A stretch of 64,000 nt of DNA from Ranitomeya imitator (Eukaryota): contig NC_091283.1 in the NCBI RefSeq assembly GCF_032444005.1, positions 62,744,001 through 62,808,000 of the forward strand. The letters run 5' to 3'. Shown one piece after another: positions 1 to 10,426 of the stretch (positions are counted from its first letter, which is position 1; each line of letters opens with the position of its first letter). A program made the position numbers and the translations under genes. The notes below the pieces were generated by a model, which was not told where the DNA came from, did no database searches, and saw only the letters and a list, made by a program, of their open reading frames with translations.

Positions 1-771
1 ACCCGCTCTATAAAACTATCCCACTAGTTAACCCCTTCAGTGAACACCGCAAAAAAAAAAAAAAAAACAAGGCAAAAAACAACGCTTTATTATCATACAG
101 GCGAACAAAAAGTGGAATAACACGCGATCAAAACGACGGATATAAATAACCATGGTACCGCTGAAAACGTCATCTTGTCCTGCAAAAAAAAAGCCGCCAT
201 ACAGCATCATCAGCAGAAAAATAAAAAAGTTATAGCTCTCAGAATAATGCGATGCAAAAACAATTATTTTTTTATATAAAATAGTTTTTATTGTGTAAAA
301 GCGCCAAAACATAAAAAAAATTACATAAATGAGGTATCGCTGTAATCGTACTGACCCGAAGAATAAAACTGCTTTATCCATTTTACCACACGTGGAACGG
401 TATAAACGCCCCCCCTAAAAGAAATTCAGGAATTGCTGGTTTTTGTTCATTCCGCCTCCCAAAAATCGGAATAAAAAGCGATCAAAAAATGTCATCTGCC
501 CGAAAATGTTACCAATAAAAACGTCAACTCGTCCCGCAAAAAACAAGACCTCATATGACTCTGTGGGCCAAAATATGGATAAATTATAGCTCTCAAAATG
601 TGGTGATGCAAAAACTATTTTTTGCAATAAAAAGCGTCTTTTAGTGTGTGACAGCTGCCAATCATAAAAATCCGCCAAAAAAACGCTATAAAAGTAAATC
701 AAACCCCCCTTCATCACCCCCTTAGTTAGGGAAAAATAATAAATGTAAAAAAATGTATTTATTTCCATTTT

Positions 772-906
772 NNNNNNNNNNNNNNNNNNNNNNNNNNNNN
801 NNNNNNNNNNNNNNNNNNNNNNNNNNNNNNNNNNNNNNNNNNNNNNNNNNNNNNNNNNNNNNNNNNNNNNNNNNNNNNNNNNNNNNNNNNNNNNNNNNNN
901 NNNNNG
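772..906. other. Assembly gap or masked run (135 N)
   Basis: Run of N. The flanks (TATTTCCATTTT / GGGTTTCCACT) match the flanks of the telomere-like tract in copy B. Confidence 0.95.
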
Positions 907-3180
907 GGTTTCCACTGTTTAGGCACATCAGGGGGCGTCCGATCTCAATTCCAGCCAATTCTGCTTTGAAAAAGTAAAACAGTGCTCCTTCCCTTCCGAG
1001 TTCTCCTGTGTGCCCAAACAGTGGTTCCCCCCAACATATGGGGTATCAGCGTTCTCAGGACAAGTTGGACAACAACTTTTCGGGTCCAATTTGTCCTGTT
1101 ACCCTTGGGAAAATAAAAACATAGGGGATAAAATATCATTTTTTATTTTCACGGCTCTGCGTTATAAACTGTAGTGAAACACTTGCTGGATCAAAGCTCT
1201 CACAACACATCTAGATAAGTTCCTTGGGGGGTCTAGTTTCCAATATGGGGTCACTTGTAGGGGTTTTCTACTGTTTAGGTACATCAGGGGCTCTGCAAAT
1301 GCAACATGACGCCTGCAGACCAATCCATCTAAGTCTGCATTTCAAATGGCGCTCCTTCCCTTCCGAGCTCTGCCGTGCACCCAAACAGTGGTTCCCCCCA
1401 ACATATGGGGTATCAGCGTTCTCAGGACAAGTTGGACAACAACTTTTGGGGTCCAATTTGTCCTGTTACCCTTGGGAAAATAAAAACATAGGGGATAAAA
1501 TATCATTTTCGTGGAAAAAAAATATTTTTTTATTTTCACGGCTCTGCGTTATAAACTGTAGTGAAACACTTGTTGGTTCAAAGCTCTCACAACACATCTA
1601 GATAAGTTCCTTGGGGGGTCTAGTTTCCAATATGGGGTCACTTGTGGGGGTTTTCTACTGTTTAGGTACATCAGGAGCTCTGCAAATGCAACATGACGCC
1701 TGCAGACCAATCCATCTAAGTCTGCATTTCAAATGGTGCTTCTTCCCTTCCGAGCTCTGCCGTGCACCCAAACAGTGGTTCCCCCCAACATATGGGGTAT
1801 CAGCGTTCTCAGGACAAGTTGGACAACAACTTTTGGGGTCCAATTTGTCCTGTTACCCTTGGGAAAATAAAAACATAGGGGATAAAATATCATTTTCGTG
1901 GAAAAAAAATATTTTTTTATTTTCACGGCTCTGCGTTATAAACTGTAGTGAAACACTTGTTGGTTCAAAGCTCTCACAACACATCTAGATAAGTTCCTTG
2001 GGGGGGTCTAGTTTCCAATATGGGGTCATTTGTGGTGGGTTTCTACTGTTTAGGTACATCAGGGGCTCTGCAAATGCAACATGACACCTGCAGTCCATTC
2101 CATCTAAGTCTGCATTTCAAACGGTGCTCCTTCCCTTCCGAGCTCTGCCATGCACTCAAACGGTGGTTCCCCCCACATGTGGGGTATCAGCGTACTCAGG
2201 ACAAATTGGACAATAACATTTGTGGTCCAATTTTTCCTGTTACCCTTGGGGAAAAAAAATTGCGGGCTAAAACATCATTTTGTGGAAAGAAAAAATGATT
2301 TTTTAATTTTCACAATGCTACATTCTAAACTTTAGTGAAACAATTGGGGGTTAAAAGTGCTCACCACACATCTAGATAAGTTCCTTAGGGGGTCTTCTTT
2401 CCAAAATGGGGTCACTTGTGGGGGGTTTCCACTGTTAAGGCACGTCAGGGGCTCTCCAAATGCGACATGGCGTCCGATCTCAATTCCAGCCAATTTTGCA
2501 TTGAAAAGTCAAATGGCACTCCTTCCCTTCCGAGCTCTGCCATGCACTCAAACAGTGGTTTATCCCCATATATGAAGTATCGACGTACTCAGGACAAATT
2601 GCACAACAACTTTTGGGGTCCAATTTATCCTTTTACCCTTGGGAAAATAAAAAATTTGGGGCAAAAAGATCATTTTTTGTGAAAATTAATAAAAAAATTT
2701 TTTTTACGGCTCTACATAATGAACTTCTGTGAAGCACTTGGAGGTTCAAAGTGCTCACCACACATCTAGATTAGTTCCTTAGGGGGTCTACTTTCCAAAA
2801 TGGTGTCACTTGTGGGGGTTTCCACTGTTTAGGCACATCAGGGGCTCTCCAATCGTGACATGGGCTCCGATCTCAATTCCAGCAAATCTTGCATTGAAAA
2901 GTCAAATGGCGCTCCTTCCCTTCCGAGCTCTGCCATGTGCCCAAACAGTGGTTTACCCCCACATATGGGGTATCGGCGTACTCAGGACAAATTGTACAAC
3001 GACTTTTGTGGTACAATTTCTCCTGTTACCCTTGGTAAAATGAAACAAATTGGACCTGAAGTAAAAATTTTGTGAAAAAAAAGTTAAATGTTCAATTTTT
3101 TTAAACATTCAAAAAATTCCTGTGAAGCACCTGAAGGGTTAATAAACTTTTTGAATGTGGTTTTGAGTACCTTGAGGGGT
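907..3180 (+). repeat. About 387-bp tandem repeat (roughly 5.5-6 units) inside the DNA element
   Basis: Anchor CTAGATAAGTTCCTT recurs at 1211, 1598, 1985, 2372 and (variant) 2766, giving spacings 387, 387, 387, 394. Units 1211-1597 and 1598-1984 are near-identical. Confidence 0.9.
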
Positions 3181-6100
3181 GCAGTTTTTAGAATGGTGTC
3201 AATTTTGGGCATTTTCTGTCATATAGACCCCTCAAAGTCACTTCAAGTGTGAGGTGGTCCGTAAAAAAATGGTTTTGCAAATTTTGTTGCAAAAATGAGA
3301 AATCGCTGGTCAACTTTTAACCCTTATAATGTCCTAACAAAAAAAAATTATGTTTCCAAAATTGTGCTGATGTAAAGCAGACATGTGGGAAATGTTGTTT
3401 ATTAACTATATTATGTGATATAACTCTCTAATTTAAGGGCATAAAAACTAAGAGTTTGAAAATTGCTAAATTTTCATAATTTCCGACAAATTTTTGTTTT
3501 TTTCACAAATAAATGCAAGTCATATCGAAGAAGTTTTACCACTATCATGAAGTACAATATGTCACGAGAAAACAGTGTCAGAATCACCAGGATCCGTTGA
3601 AGCGTTTCAGAGTTATGACCTCATAAAGTGACAGTGGTCAGAATTTGTGAAAATTGGCTCTGTCACTTAGGTGAAAACAGGCTTTGGGGTGAAGGGGTTA
3701 ACTGCTGATCTGAGCCAGATAGATAATAAACAAGAAGAAGATTGCTGAAGAGAGGATTACCCAGCTGACAAAAATAGATGGTAAAGCAAAACGCCTGAAG
3801 TGCACGTGGAAACCAAATGCAATGTTTACTCAATACTTAGCCAGCACTAGCTGCTTGAGTCAACCTTACAGGGTCTTGTATAGTGATGGGCAAACCCCTG
3901 GCTGTTCGGGTTTGGCGAGTTTGGCCGAACAGTTAAAAAAAAGTTTGGTAAAATTACTAGAACAGTACCCGAACCCTGACCTCATTCACATGACAGTACC
4001 GCAAACACTGCCTCTGATCGGCGGTAAGATCATTAAAGCCAGTCAGAGAGCCGCGGCTCCCATGCTGTCAAATGAAAAGGCCCCCCAAAGCGCTTAACTA
4101 GGGGGACACACGGGGGCACAGGCCCATTCATTACTGTCTATTTCTTGTGCTCATTCCCCTCCCCCGTTTGTTCCTTCATATTGGTCTATCCCACTCCCCC
4201 CTCTTCTCTATTAGGGCTATGATGTGAATGGTACTTACTGAGCTTTGAAGTCCTTTACAGGAAACCAGCAACTGCCAGGAGAAAATGCGAGAAGAAGGGG
4301 CCGTTGGTTTGAGCGGGAAAAAAACGCTGATTTGATTGGCTCAGGACTGAAAAGTGCGGGAAAATCAGAGGTATATTAGGCCCTTCTTCTGCGCAATCCA
4401 GTCAGTCCATGCGCAGCAAGAAAGAAAAGTGCCCCTCGCTCCCTCCCTAATAAATGTAAAAATTCCCGTCGCGATACTTGTTAGAAGGAATAGTCGCCCA
4501 GCTAATGCTGGGTGGACTTGGTTCTTTTTAAAGGTCATATAAATTATTTGATTATTATTTATTTATTTATGTATGAATTCTTAATGGATTTAAGCATTTG
4601 ATTTTAATTGGTTATTAAAGTAGTTGTTATTGGTAACCCTTAATAAATATTGTGGCCTATTTTATGCAATGAATTTGTCTGTGTCTTTTATTTTAGTTTT
4701 TTAAGTTATATATTGGTTCTATAACGAATTGGACCTTGTGCCTCCGTGACATCGTGAGCCCGCAGCTGTGACTGGAGGTAAAAAGTTTACCTATGGTCAC
4801 AGGCGTTGGCTGATGAGACAGCGCAGTTCAGGGGCCTGGTTGGGAGCGCAGCCTCAGTGATCTGTGGTAACCTTGGTGACATCACCACTAGTCACTGATG
4901 CTGCACTCGCAGCAGCTTATCCTTCTGTGGTTTTTAGCCTGAACGGTCATATCTTGGCACAATCCAGGTTGAAAATTGTTTATCCCAGATATGGATTGTG
5001 ACGTGGGACAGTACATTGGACTGGTGAGGAATGTAGTTGTTTTTCATTTTTATTTTTTTTACAGGAGACCATGGCTTCAATCAAATGGGTGTTAGGTGAG
5101 TATTATTATTGTTTATTATTTTCTGTTTTTTTACAAGAGACTAGTGATTCAATGGAATGGGCGTAAGATGAGTATAAATGTGTTTGTTATTTTTAAATAA
5201 AAAAGTAAAAGTGTGTTTTTTAATTTCAAATACAGGACTTTATTTTGGTTGGGTGTTTATACACAATATAACTATAGGCGTCTACACGCCTCTCCATTAC
5301 TAAGTCATGGAATTGATGTCACTAGACAATACAAAGGTGACATTAACCCCACAAATATGAACCTCACTTGCCACAGCCACAGGACAAATGGGAAGAGACT
5401 TGCAAAGCACCTGAATTAATGCATCTAATAGATACGCCTTTTCTGGGGCAGCGTGGCCTGCTATTTTTAGGCTGGGGTGCCAATATCCATGGCCCTTTAC
5501 CAGGCTGACAATTCCAGCCCCCAGCTCTTTGCTTTAGCTTGGCTGTTTGTCAAAAATGGTAGGGACCCCATGCCATTTTTTTTTTATTATTTAGTTAAAT
5601 AATTTTTTTTAAAAAGAGGACCCACTCTATTATTGATAACCAGCCTTGCTAAAACTGACAGCTAAGAGTTACAGCCTGCAGATGTCAGTTTTGCCATGCT
5701 GGTTCTCAAAAATACAGGGAAACCCATGTCATTTTTTTTGTATTAATTATTTATTTATAGCACAAGTGCCGGAATACTCCCATCAGCCGCCACCTGCTCT
5801 CGCTGTTATTAGTGGCAGCAGGCATAGTCTGATAGGAGTAGGAGACCCATCAGTAGATGCCTGTGACCGTAAATAAATTTTTTACCTGTGGTCTTACTCT
5901 GTCATCTGACAGCAAGAGAGCTGCAGCACTCTAATCGACGGTAACAATCTTACCACCTATCAGAGCTGACGGTGTTTCTTGCGCTGTCATGCAGATAACA
6001 ACAAAGGGTAGTGGCCGTGCGAGAAGGAAGCAGGGCCCAGTACTGATGCTTGGACAAGTAACAGCTATTCATTTTGCTAGAGTCACCCAAAAATGATCAC

Positions 6101-8396
6101 CGCCATTTTACACATTTTAGTGAACTACACAGGTAGGGATCACATGATCACATGATCTCAGGCACTTCAGGGCAGGCTTCCCCGTAATGCCTTGCCACTA
6201 TCACATCACATGGTATAGCACAGCAAATCAAAAGGGACTATCATAGCCTGTATAAAAGTAGAAGCAGGATGTATAGCAACCATTTCATGGTGAATCTGGA
6301 TAGTGAACGGACATCACAGCTAACAGCTTTGCCATATAAATAGGGAAAGAAAGCCATAAAACACAAGAAACTGTACAAATAGTGTGTGACAGCATAACAA
6401 TGAAGAAGATTAGTGTATGAAGAAAATAGAAAAATAAAGATTTAATTGTTGGGAAGGAGTGCGAGATAGGCTAGGCCAGAGAGAAACACACAGCTTGAAC
6501 CTGCTGTTTGCTCGATCAGTGTGGTCATAGTGTTCCTGCTATTCAATTGCACATGCACTTCTTTTCAGGGCAATTGGAGGCTTTTGGGTATCCATTCTCT
6601 TCAAATCGAATTCCCTGTTAAAATTTTTCAAAGCTGACAAATTCATATTTCAAATCTCTACTGATTAATGTGAATAATAAAGCAGCGCTCAGACGAGGAG
6701 CAACGAGTGAGTTAAGTAGATTCATTTACTTATCCTGCCTCCTTGTCCTGTCCCTACCCCAATTTATTGTAGATCTTAAAAATTAAGAACTATCAAAGAA
6801 GTACTGAACAATGATGTAATTTCTTCTAGATTATTGATGACCCAAAACTTTTTAGTTACTTGGGAAGGTTTGCATTGTGTCTTCTAACAAACCCATTACA
6901 ATAAGTGCTTATGATAATTAGATTCATCAATTATTTTCCTATTTCCTAAAAAAAATTATAAAAACTTTTGTTTATCCACATTAATGTCCATAATCACACA
7001 ATAATTTATTTTATTATACAATTTTCATTTCAGGTAAGTAACACAAGTATTAAACAATACACTGCCTGGTGATACATTTTTTATTAATTCCTGATATTTT
7101 ACTACGGTTATTGTCCATTACTGGGTCTGGGATGAGCTAAGGTGGGAGATATTTGCTGCACTTAAGGTCATTAATGTAAAATCATAAGAATAAAGGCATA
7201 ATGTAAAACTGAGTGGATTTCCTAGCACATTTACACTGTACAGAAAAATAACAGATTACGAGTGGTTACGCGGTTCTGGATAATACAATAATTGCACAAA
7301 CTCCCAAAACTTTAAAAACATGAACTGAAACTAAAGAAAGTATATATATTTAATTTACAGCAATGAAGTATAGACAGTTTATGAGTAATAGGAATATTTT
7401 TGTGATCTAAGGAAAATATAGGAGGAATCAAAGTGTAGTAAATTTTAAGAACTCTGAAGCTACATCATTGCTGCAGTCCAGTTGGCGTGACTCAAAATAT
7501 TATGGGGTTGTCTACCTCAAAGGGCGGCAAATCCAACTTAGGGAGAGATAGTTTGCATATAATTTCTGAAGGACCATTGTATGTAAGACAACCTATGCCA
7601 GATGGATCTCTCCAAGGGTAGGGATAAGAAATACCCGACAGATAAAAATACAGGAATTTACCCATGACCCAACTCATAGAAAATATAACAATATCACTGT
7701 TTTCCATAGCTATAGATAAAACAGAGATGCTCTTTTGTTTTCTACTGTCTGTAAGGGGTACTTATGACTAGGGATGGGTGGACCAGTGGATATTCGGGTC
7801 CGTTGGGTTCTGTTGAACTTTATAAAAAGTGTGGTTCAGGTACCAGAACAGTACCCAAACTGGATCCCAAACCTGTACCCCATCCAAATAAATTTGGGAG
7901 AACAAACATCAGGTGTTTCCCAAGTTGTCATCTTTGTGACAGCGTGGGAAGCACTGGCTCTGATCGGTGGCAACCTTACTGATGTTACCGCTGATCATAG
8001 AGCAGAACTTCCCACACGGTCACACAGAGGACAGTGCGTGAGTCAGCAGCTGTGACCGGCAGTAAAAAGGTTACCACCAGTAAGGCGTCAACTGATGAGT
8101 ACTACTATCATCAGCATACGCCTGGTCTCACTGATAAAAGTGAGAACGGGGAACGCTGATGAGAGCATTCACCAGCCGGTACCTGTGCATAGTAATAGAA
8201 ATATCAGTGTGATACATAATTAGTGCAGTGCATGTGTTGCTTACTGTGCAGGTATTTTAGAAAATACATAAAAGAAAAAAAGGGGTGTGGAGTCCCCCTT
8301 ATATTTAATAACCAGCTGAGGAAAAACAGACAGCTGGGGGCAGGTGTTATTATTCTGGGAAGGGGAAAATAAATATGGAGCTGCCCAGGCTATTAA

Positions 8397-9865
8397 CCCC
8401 TTCCTGACATGCACCGTACTAGTACTGCTCTGCGGGAACTGAGTTCCTGCAAACCGCAGTACTAGTACGGCAGCACAAGCGCGCAGTCTCACAGTGAGCA
8501 CCGTGGCAATCGAGTGCGGGTGTCAACTGTATGTGTATGCAATCGTGTTGTGCCAGCGTTCTGGGTCCTTCACTGCACAGTGCTATGCAAAGTGTCAGAT
8601 CAGCGATCTGATGTACCATCAGATCCCCAAATAAAGAAACATAAATAAATATTTTCCAATAAATCCATTTATTTATGTAAATAAAAAAAACAATAAAAGT
8701 GCACATATTTGGTATCGCCGCGTCCATAACGACCCGCTCTATAAAACTATCCCACTAGTTAACCCCTTCAGTGAACACCGCAAAAAAATAAATAAAAAAC
8801 GAGGCAAGAAACAAAGCTTTATCATCATACTGCCAAACAAAAGTGCAATAAAATGTGATCAAAAAGACGTAAATAAATAAACATGGTACCGCTGAAAACT
8901 ACATCTTGTCCCGCAAAAAAAAAGCCGCAATACAGCGTCATCAGCAGAAAATTAAAAAAGTTATACCTCTCAGAATAAAGCGATGCATACACAATTATTT
9001 TTATATAAAAGTTTTTATTGTGTAAAAGCTCCAAAGCATAAAAAAATGATATAAATGAGGTATCACTACAATCGCACTGACCCGAAAAATAAAGCTGCTT
9101 TATCAATTTTACCAAACGTGGAACGGTATAAACGCTCCCCCTAAAAGAAATTCAGGAATTGCTGGTTTTTGTTCATTCTGCCTCCCAAAAATCAGAATAA
9201 AAAGCGATCAAAAAATGTCATGTGCCCGAAAATGGTACTAATAAAAACGTCAACTCGTCCCACAAAAAAAAAGACCTCACATGACTCTGTGGGCCAAGAT
9301 ATAGATAAATTATAGCTCTCAAAACGCGGTGATGCAAAAAACTATTTTTTGCAATAAAAAGCGTCTCTTAGCATGTGACAGCTGCCAAACAAAAACCCGC
9401 TATAAAAACCCGCTATAAATAGTAAATCAAACCCCCCTTTATCACCCCCTTAGTTAGGGAAAAATAACAAAATTTAAAAAATGTATTTCCATTTTCCCGT
9501 TATGGTTAGGGTTGGTGCTAGCGTTAGGGTTAGGGCTGGGGCTAAAATTAGAGTTAGGGTTGGGGCTAAAGTTACGGTTGGGGCTAAAGTTAGGGTTTGG
9601 CTTATGTTTACGGTTGGGGTTAGGGTTGGGACTAGGGTTGTGTCAGGGTTAGGGTTGTGGTTAGAGTTATGGTTAGGGTTGAGCTTAGGGCAGGTATTAG
9701 GGTTAGGGGTGTGTTGGGGTTAGGGGTTTGGTCAGGGTTATGGTTAGGGTTGGGATTAGTGTTAGGGGTATGTTCAGGTTAGGGGTGTGGTTAGGGTTTG
9801 GTTGGGATTAGGCTTAGGGGTGCATTGGGGTTAGGGTTGGAGTTAGAATTTGGGGGGTTTCCACT
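8397..9865 (+). mobile_element. Non-autonomous TTAA-flanked DNA transposon, copy B, 3'-truncated
   Basis: Starts TTAA|CCCCTTCC at 8393-8404. 8732-9495 aligns to 1-771. Stops at GGGTTTCCACT (9865), where Gypsy gag sequence begins. Confidence 0.6.
9499..9846 (+). repeat. Degenerate telomere-like (GGGTTA)n tract (interstitial)
   Basis: Many GTTAGGGTT / GTTAGGG units with variants (GGGTTG, GGGCTA, GGATTA) over about 350 bp. Confidence 0.85.
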
Positions 9866-10205
9866 AAAATGGTCTGTGCTCACTAAATGGAATGAGGAGG
9901 CTCTGGCTGCTATTTTCAGAAAAGGACTTTCTGAAGCCCTTAAAGATGTTATGGTGGGCTTTCCTACGCCTGCAGGTTTGAGCGAATCTATGTCTCTAGC
10001 TATTCAGATTGATCGGCGTCTGCGCGAGCGCAAAGCTGTGCACCATATGGCAGTGTCCTCGGAGCAGAGTCCTAAACCTATGCAATGTGATAGGATTTTG
10101 ACTAGAACAGAATGGCAGGAATTCAGACGTCAGAATAGGCTGTGATTTTACTGTGGTGATTCTACTCATGTTATCTCTGATTGCCCTAAGCGTACTAAGA
10201 GAGTC
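9866..10205 (+). pseudogene. Gag fragment of chromovirus A (retrotrans-gag C-terminus plus CCHC knuckle with a premature stop)
   Basis: KWSVLTKWNEEALAAIFRKGLSEALKDVMVG... matches chromovirus C gag. TGA at 10143-10145 replaces the first Cys of CFYCGDSTH. Confidence 0.85.
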
Positions 10206-10426
10206 ATAGTTACATAGTTACATAGTTATTAAGGTTGAAGGAAGACTATATGTCCATCTAGTTCAACCCATAGCCTAACCTAACATGCCCTAACATGTTG
10301 ATCCAGAGGAAGGCAAAAAAAAAACATGTGGCAAAGAGTAAGCTCCACATTGGGGAAAAAAATTCCTTCCCGACTCCACATACGGCAATCAGACTAGTTC
10401 CCTGGATCAACGCCCTATCAAGGAAT

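Larger units (their letters stand above)
1..3697 (+). mobile_element. Non-autonomous TTAA-flanked DNA transposon, copy A (piggyBac-like termini); left end lies before the window
   Basis: 1-771 matches 8732-9495. Ends GAAGGGG (3691-3697) followed by TTAA (3698-3701), the inverse of the TTAA|CCCCTTC start of copy B at 8393-8403. No transposase ORF. Contains a 387-bp tandem array. Confidence 0.55.

Noticed and set aside
415-977. ORFs 415-915, 722-958 and 753-977
   Set aside because: They are open only because they cross the N run.
1224-3075. Repeated 60-125 aa ORFs in the tandem array
   Set aside because: They recur at the 387-bp period, have no recognisable domain and decay in diverged units.
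907-3180. Regularly spaced repeats as a CRISPR array
   Set aside because: Whole units are repeated with no unique spacers, there are no cas genes, and the context is eukaryotic.
3881-8396. Several interspersed repeat fragments (TAGTGATG- or TAGGGATG-started pieces; segment shared by 5560-5700, 8270-8396 and 18723-18920)
   Set aside because: Clearly repetitive, but paired termini and TSDs could not be established, so they were not annotated as discrete elements.
9481-10145. ORFs 9481-9723 (VRVG-rich) and 9798-10145 as genes
   Set aside because: The first is a translation of telomere-like repeats; the second is a chimera of repeat and gag fragment.
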